Shown here: positions 18,396-27,048 of the stretch, in pieces
How the letters are laid out: each line of letters begins with the position of its first letter
How positions within the stretch are numbered: the first letter of the stretch is position 1
Assembly: GCA_963812015.1 (NCBI GenBank)
Contig: CAWETI010000003.1
Span: 576,001-640,000, forward strand
Direction of reading: 5' to 3'
Length of the DNA stretch: 64,000 nucleotides
Source of the DNA: an uncultured delta proteobacterium
GTDB lineage: Bacteria; Desulfobacterota; Desulfobaccia; Desulfobaccales; 0-14-0-80-60-11
Notes under the pieces: generated by a model
Database searches by the model: none
What the model was told of the DNA's origin: nothing
Seen by the model: the letters and a program-made list of their open reading frames with translations, nothing else
Made by a program: the position numbers and the translations under genes

Positions 18396-19976
18396 GTGGA
18401 GCCGCGGCCGGAGGTGATCTCAGAGGCAGCCCGCCGGCGGCGCACCGAATCGTTTCAGGGAGATGGTCACATCAACACCGGCAGATTACCTAACCAGTCT
18501 ACCTCAACCGGGGTTCCCATAGCAACCCGGATTCTTCTGGACAACCTGAGCCGGGGTCTGGGGGCACTGGCGACCCGGCCGGCCCTGGTGAGGCTGGGGC
18601 AACTGGCCGCGGCCCGGTCCCTGGCAGTCTATCTGGTGGGGGGCACGGTGCGGGAACTGGCCCTGGGCCGGGGCGCCAAGGACCTGGACCTGGCCGTCTC
18701 AGCTCAGACGCTGGATTTGGCCCGGGACCTGGCCGAGGCCCTGGGGGGCACCTATGTCCTCCTGGATGAAGCCGAGCGGACCGCCCGGGTGGTGTGGCAG
18801 GACGAGATTCTGGACCTGGCCGAATTTAGGGCTCCCACCCTGGAAGGGGACCTGAGGGGCCGGGATTTCACCCTCAATGCCCTGGCAGTGGGATTGAACG
18901 CCGTCCTGGGCCAGAGTCCCCCGGAGCTCATCGATCCGGGGGGCGGCCTGGAAGATTTGGCCGGGGGCTGGTTGCGCATGGTGGCTCCGGAAAATTTCCT
19001 CCATGATCCCCTGCGACTCCTCCGGGCCTATCGATTTGCCGCCACCCACGGTTTTCAGGTTACCCCGGAAACCACGGCCGCCATTCGCCAGGCCGCGCCG
19101 GCCTTTTCCCGGGTGGCCGGGGAGCGGGTCCACCAGGAGTTATTTCTGCTCCTGGGGGCGCCGGCGGCCGCGCCGGTGCTTGGGGAGATGGAAGCGGTGG
19201 GGCTTTTAAGCCGGGTGTTTCCGGAGCTGGAGGATATGAAGGGGGTGGAGCAGAACGGCTACCATCACCTGGATGTCTACGGCCATTCCCTGGCGACCCT
19301 GGCATCTCTGGAGGAGGTGCTGGCGGCCCCGGAGAGGTTTTTCGGGGATTTGGCCGGGGAGGTGGTCCGTTATGCCCAGACCCCCCCCAAGGCGGTGCTC
19401 CTGAAGCTGGCCGCCCTGTTCCATGATGTCGGCAAGCCCCGGGTGCAGGCGCGCCGCAGCCAGCCGGAACGCTACACCTTTTATTTCCATGAAAAAGTGG
19501 GGCTGGAGATATTCAGCCGGGTGGCTTCACGGTTGCGGTGCAGTCAGGCCGAGACCCGGACCGTTACCAGCCTCATCCAGATGCACATGCGTCCGTTCTT
19601 GTTGTTGCCGGCCTTCCGGGAGAGGGAGCTCAGTTTTCGGGCCCTGGGACGGCTGGTCAGGGCGGCACGACCGGAGTTAGCCGGCCTCTTTGTCCTGGCC
19701 ATGGCTGACAGTCTGGCGGGACAGGGACCCCTGAAACCGGCGGATTCCGAGGCGGTGCTGGCTGATCTGGCGGAGGCGGCCTACCAGTTTTTAACCGAGC
19801 GCCTGGAGCCCCAAGAACAGCATCCCAGGCTGGTCAGCGGCCATGACCTGATCCGCCTGGGGCTCACCCCGGGACCCCAATTCCGGCGGCTGCTGACCGC
19901 GGTGGAGGAAGCCCAGTGGGAAGGCCTGGTCAAAACCCGGGAGGAAGCCCTGGAAATGGTCCGGCGGTTGTTGTAG
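18396..19976 (+). CDS. CCA tRNA nucleotidyltransferase / poly(A) polymerase family with HD domain (start uncertain)
   Basis: YLVGGTVR...DLDL, RDFTLNALA, DPLRLLRAYRF, QNGYHHLDV and FHDVGKP motifs. Confidence 0.9.
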   Translation: MEPRPEVISEAARRRRTESFQGDGHINTGRLPNQSTSTGVPIATRILLDNLSRGLGALATRPALVRLGQLAAARSLAVYLVGGTVRELALGRGAKDLDLAVSAQTLDLARDLAEALGGTYVLLDEAERTARVVWQDEILDLAEFRAPTLEGDLRGRDFTLNALAVGLNAVLGQSPPELIDPGGGLEDLAGGWLRMVAPENFLHDPLRLLRAYRFAATHGFQVTPETTAAIRQAAPAFSRVAGERVHQELFLLLGAPAAAPVLGEMEAVGLLSRVFPELEDMKGVEQNGYHHLDVYGHSLATLASLEEVLAAPERFFGDLAGEVVRYAQTPPKAVLLKLAALFHDVGKPRVQARRSQPERYTFYFHEKVGLEIFSRVASRLRCSQAETRTVTSLIQMHMRPFLLLPAFRERELSFRALGRLVRAARPELAGLFVLAMADSLAGQGPLKPADSEAVLADLAEAAYQFLTERLEPQEQHPRLVSGHDLIRLGLTPGPQFRRLLTAVEEAQWEGLVKTREEALEMVRRLL

Positions 19977-20020
19977 GTCAGGGGCGCCGGGGCCCAAGTC
20001 TTTCCCGACTGTTGTCCTTC

Positions 20021-20080
20021 ATAATAATATTTTCTTTTTTTAGATTAATATATTAAAATTATAATAATTATTTTAAATCT
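20021..20080. promoter_or_regulatory. Very AT-rich control region upstream of the RpiR regulator
   Basis: About 60 nt of almost pure A/T in a GC-rich context. Confidence 0.4.
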
Positions 20081-20099
20081 GGGGAAATATAGGGATGAG

Positions 20100-20999
20100 A
20101 TGATGAAAATCAGGTCTCCGCACGCCGTCGATCGAGACCCGCAAACCGGCACGTTGATCAGACTCCGGGGACTTTATCCTTCCCTGAAAACCGCCTTAAG
20201 GAAGGTGGCCGACGTCATCCTCAGGCAGCCGGAAATGGTGATCTACGCCTCGGTAAATGAAGTGGCGGCCGAATCATTGGTTAGTGAAGCTACCGTGATG
20301 CGCTTCTGTCGTATCCTGGGCTTTAAGGGTTTCCAGGATTTCAAGATCGCCCTGGCCCGGGAGATGGTCATCACCACCGCGCCCCTCCACGAAGAGGTGG
20401 GGGGCGGAGACGATGCCGCCATCATCCGCACCGTATTTCAAACCAACCGCGCCGCCCTGCAGGATACTTTGGAAATTCTGGAGACCGGAGCGATGCAGGA
20501 GGCGGCCCGGATTCTCCTCAACGCCCGTCAGGTCATGGTGGTGGGGGTGGGGGGCTCCGGTCCGGCCGTGACCTATGCCGGCAACCGCTTCCTCCTGCTG
20601 GGTCTGAAGGCCTCTCTGTACACCGACTTTTCCCTGATGTTGATGGCGGCCTCATTGCTGTCCAGGGAAGACGCGGTGCTGGCCATCTCCAACCTGGGAA
20701 CCACCCGGGAAGTGGTGGAGACGGTGGGGTTAGCCCGGGAAAAAGCAGCCCGGGTCATGTGCATCACCAATAATTCCCTTTCACCCCTGGCCCGGGCCTG
20801 CAAGCCGGCCCTGATCACCGCGTCCCGGGGGGTGACTTTGCCTGAGGAGGCCGTTGCCTCCCTAACTTGTCAAATATCGATCCTCGACGCCCTGTTCGCC
20901 CTGATGGCGGCGGCCCCGGAGGCGCAGGCCCGGGCGACCCTGGAGGGGATGGAGAAGGCCCTGATCACGGGGGGAGTGCGGCGTGAACCCGCCAAATAG
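20100..20999 (+). CDS. MurR/RpiR family transcriptional regulator
   Basis: VSEATVMRFCRILGFKGFQDFK HTH plus an SIS domain (GVGGS, ISNLGTT). Confidence 0.92.
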   Translation: MMKIRSPHAVDRDPQTGTLIRLRGLYPSLKTALRKVADVILRQPEMVIYASVNEVAAESLVSEATVMRFCRILGFKGFQDFKIALAREMVITTAPLHEEVGGGDDAAIIRTVFQTNRAALQDTLEILETGAMQEAARILLNARQVMVVGVGGSGPAVTYAGNRFLLLGLKASLYTDFSLMLMAASLLSREDAVLAISNLGTTREVVETVGLAREKAARVMCITNNSLSPLARACKPALITASRGVTLPEEAVASLTCQISILDALFALMAAAPEAQARATLEGMEKALITGGVRREPAK

Positions 21000-21067
21000 C
21001 CTTGCCGGTGCCCGGGACGCCACCCAGGGCTAAGTTCCTTAAAAAAAAACCGCGCCCAGGACCAGCC

Positions 21068-21709
21068 ATGTCAAGCCACCAGTTGAGACAGGACATCGTG
21101 CGCATCTGCCGGATGCTGCACCGAAAAAATTACCTCGCCGCCACCGACGGCAATGTCAGTGTGCGCCTGGGAGACCAGGTGCTCACCACCCCCAGCGGGA
21201 TTAACAAGGGACTCATGGAGGCGGACCAGGTGATCACCGTGGACCTGGAGGGCAGGGTGGTCATGGGTGAGGGGCGGCCCACCTCGGAGATCCGGATGCA
21301 CCTTTTGGCCTATGAGTTGCGCCCGGATGTTACGGCCGTGGTGCACGCCCATCTACCTTACGCCACGGCCTGCACCCTGGCGGGGGTTTCCCTGCTGGAA
21401 CCCATCCTGCCGGAGGTGGTGATTACCCTGGGGGGGATTCCCACCACGCCCTATGCCACCCCCGGCAGCGAAGCAGTGCCGGAGGCCATCCGGGGTTTTA
21501 TCCGGGAATATGACGCCCTGCTCTTATCACGGCACGGGGCCATGACGGTGGGGCGGGACGTGACGGACGCCTACAACAAGATGGAGAAGCTGGAACACAC
21601 GGCCCGGGTCATGCTGGCGGCGCGACTCCAGGGACCGGTGACGCCGTTGCCGGCGGCGGAGGTTGAGAAGCTGCGGCGAATGGGGGAAAAGTATAAGGGA
21701 GGAGGGTGA
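21068..21709 (+). CDS. Class II aldolase/adducin family protein (FucA-like)
   Basis: DGNVSVR, TPSG, TSEIRMH, VVHAH and LLSRHG motifs. Confidence 0.92.
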   Translation: MSSHQLRQDIVRICRMLHRKNYLAATDGNVSVRLGDQVLTTPSGINKGLMEADQVITVDLEGRVVMGEGRPTSEIRMHLLAYELRPDVTAVVHAHLPYATACTLAGVSLLEPILPEVVITLGGIPTTPYATPGSEAVPEAIRGFIREYDALLLSRHGAMTVGRDVTDAYNKMEKLEHTARVMLAARLQGPVTPLPAAEVEKLRRMGEKYKGGG

Positions 21710-21811
21710 CCTGATAAGACAATCTGGCCGAGATGCAGCTATGGTAACCATATCAATACACTACTTATCCAGTAACGTATTGCATCTAAATAGCAGAAAG
21801 CCGCACAAGAT

Positions 21812-21868
21812 CTTTAACCCATCATACTCCCGGCGCCAGTGATAAAAGGTCTGCTCGGCAATGCCCAA
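21812..21868 (-). mobile_element. IS3-family OrfA remnant
   Basis: LGIAEQTFYHWRREYDGLK matches the IS3 OrfA HTH pattern (LGISEQTYYRWRREYGGL); no OrfB or IRs seen. Confidence 0.65.
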
Positions 21869-22076
21869 GAGGAAGGCGAGGACCCTTCCCCCACCAAGAA
21901 AAGGGTGGTCGTGAGTCCGGCCTTCCGGCCTCAATGAAAGGCGGTGGCCCAGGGAGAGACGGCAACGTTTCATTCATGGACCAGGCCGACCGGATGTGGC
22001 CAGTAAGTATTAGACAATAAACCGGCTATTAATTCCATATTTTTTGGGTTTAAGTAAATATGACTAATTGAAAAGT

Positions 22077-22634
22077 CTACCATTGAGTATATTTCTCCAG
22101 ACCCCACCTCATATATAGCCCTGAATCCGGGTCAAAATCACAATGCAAAATTATTTCTCTGATTTTAAACTTTGATTTATAATCATTATTTATTAATGGC
22201 ACTGATTCCGGCGAATTATCAATTGATTTATATGCAACAACAACGAAAACTCTATTAATAGAAGAAATATTAGAAAATAATTCACCAGGAGATTCTTGAT
22301 TAATATTTTTAATTTCGACAATCTGCCATTGGCAAGGAAATCTAAATATATAGGCAATATTATCGAGTTCATATTGATTAAAAATGGTTGTCCTGATTTC
22401 ATTGCGATTTTTCTCAATAAGTTTTTCCTTTTTAAATTGAGGCTCATCTTGAATTTTTGCTAAGTTTACTTGATAGGCGTAGGCCATCTCAATACACTTT
22501 TCGATATTATGGTTTTGCAATGAAGTAAAAAGTATTTTTGCCTGCTCTTCTGGATTATTTTGTCCGCCACATGATAGCAGATTAACAGTTAATAATATTA
22601 TAAAGATATTTTTCGGTATTATTCCAAGTTTCAT
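22077..22634 (-). CDS. AT-rich hypothetical lipoprotein
   Basis: Signal peptide with lipobox LLSC; very low GC. Confidence 0.75.
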   Translation of the reverse strand: MKLGIIPKNIFIILLTVNLLSCGGQNNPEEQAKILFTSLQNHNIEKCIEMAYAYQVNLAKIQDEPQFKKEKLIEKNRNEIRTTIFNQYELDNIAYIFRFPCQWQIVEIKNINQESPGELFSNISSINRVFVVVAYKSIDNSPESVPLINNDYKSKFKIREIILHCDFDPDSGLYMRWGLEKYTQW

Positions 22635-23178
22635 GATGACCTACCCCTTTATTTTATAATTTATAGTCTGGAGTCTGGGCTTTTATTACGTTTTAATGAG
22701 TATCGTTGCGTCAATCATAATACGTAGGCTTTAGAGAAATAATCAGGGAATACCATGATCTTCGGATGGGGGAATTACCTATTTCTCTATAATAGCCTAA
22801 GGAAAATGCGGGTACGGGGTCGTCTGGCTCGAAGTGCAGGTCCTTGACGGCTTGGCAAGATGCTGCCCCAGTGCGTCCTCGTCGGCCCGGGTAGAACGCT
22901 GCACCGTGGCCAGGCTTAGGTGAAATACCCCGGCGTTAAATGGTGGGGACGTTTGCGCCAGTCTCCATGCGCCACTCAGGCCATTTCCGAGTGTAGTGTG
23001 TCCCCTGGCTCAGTCGAACAGATATTGTCCTCAAGCGAGGAGAAGAAATCTTGCCACCATGGACACTTATCAGTGGTGCGGGAATAAATCTTGAGATGAT
23101 TCCGATAGGTTGTTAGGGGAGATCAAGCTTTAAAGAAGAGGTTGTCTTGAGCGAGCCTGGTCAGTTACGGTTTAATTA

Positions 23179-23283
23179 GCTCCAACACCAAGATTCCTTG
23201 GCCTCGGCCACGATTTTCAAGGCTGCTTGGATTGGTGGTAAGGGCAGGGTCTGGGTGATGGCGTCTTTGACGTTGATCTTTTT
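23179..23283 (-). repeat. Diverged copy of the 3' end of the downstream Zn-dependent dehydrogenase gene (24027-24138)
   Basis: Direct alignment over about 105 nt, with one 7-nt deletion and scattered substitutions. Confidence 0.85.
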
Positions 23284-23286
23284 TTT

Positions 23287-23340
23287 GTTCCCAAGCTAAA
23301 CTTAAGAACGCAATAATGGCCCAAGCTTAGGTTGGGCAAC
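23287..23340. repeat. CCCAAGCT-type paired palindrome (REP-like)
   Basis: gttcccaagctaaacttaagaac ... gcccaagcttaggttgggcaac. Confidence 0.5.
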
Positions 23341-23411
23341 CTCATTACTCATGGCGCTTCCTGACTCAGATATGGATTGCATCAGCAAAGCTTTGCAATC
23401 GATTGGTCGGT

Positions 23412-23702
23412 TTACCCCTCTCGGCTTTCCATAAATTCCATATAATCCGGATCTCCTACAACTGGCCCTTCTTCATCTTCAATCGCCTTGGCCATTGGCG
23501 ATTCCACCATTTTCACGGCTCGAGTTTTCCGGGGTCGGGGGACCGGAACCTTGGTCTCGGGTACGACCACCTCATCTTCCAAAGAAGCCAGGATACGATG
23601 CACTGCTTTAATTGCCTGCACCAATTCCTTGGGGGAGAGCTGAGTCATGGAGGCATGGGATATGACAATCTGGGCCGTCAAATTCAGGACTTCACTGGCC
23701 AT
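23412..23702 (-). CDS. MucR/Ros-like N-terminal domain protein lacking the zinc-finger domain
   Basis: LTAQIVISHAS...LSPKELVQAIKAVHRIL matches the MucR N-terminus; no CxxC follows. GAGAGGAG RBS. Confidence 0.7.
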   Translation of the reverse strand: MASEVLNLTAQIVISHASMTQLSPKELVQAIKAVHRILASLEDEVVVPETKVPVPRPRKTRAVKMVESPMAKAIEDEEGPVVGDPDYMEFMESREG

Positions 23703-23894
23703 GGGAATTTCTCCTCTCAGGTTAAATTACCCTGCCATCAGTCATTGGGGCCGGCTTGCCCTTGAGATCCAGCCGGCATAGACCCCTGGCGGCGGGGGGA
23801 AGATCAGCTATGATCTGGATGGCAGGTCTGGTGACCTCAGGCTGTAAAGAGCAGACCGTCTGCTCAAGTCTTGACCATGACAGTTTATCATAAA

Positions 23895-24018
23895 CTGTTT
23901 CAAAACCGGTTTATTGTGTCACCCTGAGCGCCCGGGAAGGGTCTATCTTATTGGAGAGACAAGATGCTTCGCTTCGCTCAGAATGACAAACTGGCGCAAA
24001 AAGGAGGTTTGGCAATAG
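23895..24018. mobile_element. MITE-like element with internal TGTCAC...TGACA palindrome
   Basis: tgtcaccctgagcg...gaagggtct...agatgcttcgcttcgctcagaatgaca at 23917-23988; imperfect outer IRs ctgtttcaaaacc / ggtttggcaatag. Confidence 0.55.
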
Positions 24019-24021
24019 GTT

Positions 24022-24999
24022 CTAAGGCTCCAACACCACCTTTAAAGATTCTTTGGCCTCAGCCACAATTTTAAAGGCTGCTTGAATCTGTTGCAAGGGC
24101 AGGGTCTGGGTGATGGTGTCTTTGACGTTGATCTTTTTATCGGCGATGAGGGCCAGGGCGGCTTCCAAATCAGCCGGCGCGGCGCCGTAGGATGAGGTCA
24201 CCGTGAGTTCATTGCGCCAAAAGTCGGGGATGGGAATGGCAATATCCCGGTTGGGGATGGCGAAGAGGAGAATAATCCCCTTCTTATCGATGCAACGGAA
24301 GGCTTGCTCCACCGCGGCGTAAGCGCCGGTGCAGACAATAACCCTCTCCGCCTTCAGATTCAGCTCTTGATCGGCCCGCACCACTTCATCGGCCCCGAAC
24401 TCTTTGGCTTTCCGCAAACGGTACTCATGCATATCGGTGGCCACCACCCGGGCGCCGGTCAACTTGGCCAACTGAACATTCAGGATGCCGGAGATGCCGC
24501 AGCCCAGGATCAAAACGGTGTGGTGGGCCCGGATATCAATCAGCCCGAGGCCTCTGACCCCGCAGGCTAACGGCTCGATCATGGTGCCTTCGAGATAGGA
24601 AACCTGATCCGGTAAGACGTACACCCCATAATCCACATTAATCTTGGGCACCCGGACAAATTCGCTATAGCCGCCGGGATCGTAATTGCCGGAATGCAGC
24701 GTATCGCAGGCCGTCTGATTGTCTTCCCGGCAATATTTGCAGTCATTGCACGGCACATGATGGCTGACAAAGACTCGCTGGCCGGGGTGGTATTTGTCCG
24801 ATTGGGACTCTACAATCTCGCCGGCAATTTCATGGCCCAGAATCCGGGGAGCCTTCTTAATCCGATACCACTCCATGACATCGGTGCCGCAAATGCCGCT
24901 GGCGCGCACCTTGACCAGAATCTCCCCCGGCCCGATCTGAGGGGTGGGAAATTTTTCTAGGCGAATATCGTTATTATTGTAGTATTTAGCAACCAGCAT
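24022..24999 (-). CDS. Zn-dependent alcohol/polyol dehydrogenase (MDR family)
   Basis: GICGTD, GHE, CNDCKYC...C, EPLAC and GCGISG motifs; start MLVAKYY at 24999. Confidence 0.92.
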   Translation of the reverse strand: MLVAKYYNNNDIRLEKFPTPQIGPGEILVKVRASGICGTDVMEWYRIKKAPRILGHEIAGEIVESQSDKYHPGQRVFVSHHVPCNDCKYCREDNQTACDTLHSGNYDPGGYSEFVRVPKINVDYGVYVLPDQVSYLEGTMIEPLACGVRGLGLIDIRAHHTVLILGCGISGILNVQLAKLTGARVVATDMHEYRLRKAKEFGADEVVRADQELNLKAERVIVCTGAYAAVEQAFRCIDKKGIILLFAIPNRDIAIPIPDFWRNELTVTSSYGAAPADLEAALALIADKKINVKDTITQTLPLQQIQAAFKIVAEAKESLKVVLEP

Positions 25000-25066
25000 A
25001 TAGGTTAGGAGAAGTTCAAGGTTCAAGGTTAAAAGCTTAGCCATTTTGAACCTTAAACTGGTTGGA

Positions 25067-25873
25067 TTACGCTTTCGCTTTTGGTTTATGTTCTTTGGTC
25101 TGCTTGAGTATCTCGTGGGCGTGTTTGACGGAGGCATTTTCATGCACAATGGTGCGAAGAGCTTTCGCCATGGCCACCGGATGAGCACTCTGCCAGACAT
25201 TTCTCCCCAGATTGATGCCTACCGCCCCCTTTTGGATACCGTCATGGACAAATTCCAGCACCTCCAGTTCGGTCTCACATTTGGGCCCACCGGCCATAAT
25301 GACCGGCACCGGACAGCCGTTCACCACCTTATCAAAATCTTCCTCACACCAATAGGTCTTCACCACTCTGGCGCCCAGTTCGGCGGCGATGCGACAGCTC
25401 AACGCCAGATAACGCGCCTCCCGTTTCTCCAATTCCCGGCCGACGGCGGTAACCGCCATCACCGGGATGCCATAATCCTCGCAGGCATTGACCAGCGTGG
25501 CCAGATTCTTGAGGGTGTCCTTTTCATATTCACTGCCGATAAAGATCGAGAGCCCCACGGCCGCGGCGTTCAACCGGATAATTTCTTCAATGGAGGTGGT
25601 GAGCGCTTCATTAGCCAAATCCTTGCCCACCATGCTGGTACAGCCGGAGACGCGCAACACAATCGGTTTACTGGTGAGAGGATCGATGGCCGCCCGCAAT
25701 ACCCCCCGGGTGACAAAGATCGCATCCACATAGGGCAGAAGCGGTTTGATCGTCTCGCCCGGCTGCTCCAGCTTCCTGGTCGGCCCTTGAAAATAACCGT
25801 GATCGATGGGCATAAAAAAACATTTGCCATTGGGCATAAGTTGGGCTAAGCGATTTTTCATTCCCCAATTCAT
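25067..25873 (-). CDS. lsrF: LsrF-type class I aldolase/thiolase
   Basis: MNWGMKNRL, DHGYFQGP, RIAAELGA, KTYWC, AGGPK and GRNVWQ motifs. Confidence 0.88.
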   Translation of the reverse strand: MNWGMKNRLAQLMPNGKCFFMPIDHGYFQGPTRKLEQPGETIKPLLPYVDAIFVTRGVLRAAIDPLTSKPIVLRVSGCTSMVGKDLANEALTTSIEEIIRLNAAAVGLSIFIGSEYEKDTLKNLATLVNACEDYGIPVMAVTAVGRELEKREARYLALSCRIAAELGARVVKTYWCEEDFDKVVNGCPVPVIMAGGPKCETELEVLEFVHDGIQKGAVGINLGRNVWQSAHPVAMAKALRTIVHENASVKHAHEILKQTKEHKPKAKA

Positions 25874-25942
25874 TTGGTAGATCTCCGTATAAGGGCTGAA
25901 TCGGTCATTTCTGCCTTGATCTCTGACCCCCAGCCCAGGCGC

Positions 25943-26257
25943 TTATTTATTCCTCCGCGGCAGGTTGCGGAGGCGCTCGATTTCGGCCTGCTCCAGCTCG
26001 AGAAATTCCTCCCGGGGATAGTCATTACGGATGGTCCGGGTGACCCGGTGAATGGAAATCATCAGGGGCGCTGAATACATGTTTTCCCAGGTGATGTGCA
26101 CCGTATCCGTTTCCGGCTCAAAGTGCATTCCCCGCCAGGCCCCGAAGACCGCGTCGAACTCCAACTCGTAGAGTTCATCCCAGGCCAGTTGCAGGAGTTC
26201 CACCACTTCGGCTTCCTCGATCCGCCGATCACAGTAATAGAGCGAATAATCTTTCAT
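25943..26257 (-). CDS. Hypothetical protein (104 aa)
   Basis: Coherent acidic ORF, co-oriented with its neighbours. Confidence 0.6.
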   Translation of the reverse strand: MKDYSLYYCDRRIEEAEVVELLQLAWDELYELEFDAVFGAWRGMHFEPETDTVHITWENMYSAPLMISIHRVTRTIRNDYPREEFLELEQAEIERLRNLPRRNK

Positions 26258-26286
26258 GGAAGTTACACCAGTATGGAGAAAAGATA

Positions 26287-26310
26287 GGGGCGCCGGCTGG
26301 CCGGCGCCCC
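26287..26310 (-). terminator. Hairpin terminator after the CoA-transferase operon
   Basis: ggggcgccgg-ctgg-ccggcgcccc followed on the minus strand by tatcttttc. Confidence 0.6.
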
Positions 26311-26325
26311 GGTTTAGCAGTTAGC

Positions 26326-26517
26326 TTAGGCTACCTTTTTCTTTTCTTGGAAGTATTTGCAGTCCTTGGGAGCCGTGAAGGCCCCGGGGCGCGCTTCCTT
26401 GAAAATGCCCAGCAGGAAAGGATATTCGATGGCCCGGCAGTGTCCGAAACATACCTTGGAGATCTGCGGGTCGAAGGTCCGTTTAAAATTTTTGCAATCT
26501 TCACAGAGAATCGCCAT
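26326..26517 (-). CDS. Small Cys-rich protein (CxxCxxF...C.GHC...CxxF), reminiscent of BssB/BssC-type Fe-S mini-subunits
   Basis: AGGAGG RBS; five Cys in 63 aa. Confidence 0.7.
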   Translation of the reverse strand: MAILCEDCKNFKRTFDPQISKVCFGHCRAIEYPFLLGIFKEARPGAFTAPKDCKYFQEKKKVA

Positions 26518-26555
26518 ATTGAAGATTCCTCCTATCTTCCGAAGTTACGGCGCCG

Positions 26556-26969
26556 CTACCAGGATTTGCCGTACTTCCGCTGTGCGACGATGCGTTTCCA
26601 GCAGCTCCCTTCCAGGTCTTCCGGTTTGAGCTGGGTGCAAGCGACGAGCTTGCCCCGGGCCGACACCACCACATTCTTGGGCTTGCCCAGGAAGGTGACA
26701 TTGGCAAAGGGCGGCGCCGAGGTCTTGCCTTCCCCGGAAAGGGGCTTCAGGTCTTCGGTCTCGACGTAGCCGGGCAGGATGAAATCCTTGCCCTTGGCCG
26801 GTCCCGGCTCTTCCACCCGCTGGCCGTTTTCCCACTCCGAATAATAGAGGGTATCACAGCCGCCGCATTTGAAATTGCCTTTGTATTCCCAGAAGCTGTA
26901 GGGATCCAGGAAATTCCGGGCCTTGCATTTAGGACAATCGTACATCAACGATATTTTGAATTCAGTCAT
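26556..26969 (-). CDS. Hypothetical zinc-ribbon protein (CPKC...CGGC)
   Basis: GGGAGG RBS; two CxxC pairs at the N-terminus. Confidence 0.8.
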   Translation of the reverse strand: MTEFKISLMYDCPKCKARNFLDPYSFWEYKGNFKCGGCDTLYYSEWENGQRVEEPGPAKGKDFILPGYVETEDLKPLSGEGKTSAPPFANVTFLGKPKNVVVSARGKLVACTQLKPEDLEGSCWKRIVAQRKYGKSW

Positions 26970-27048
26970 ATCGAGTCATTCCTCCCGTTATGAATAGAGG
27001 TGCAGCGAAGGCAGGCCGGCATGATAAGCCGGACCCACTGCGCTCCGG

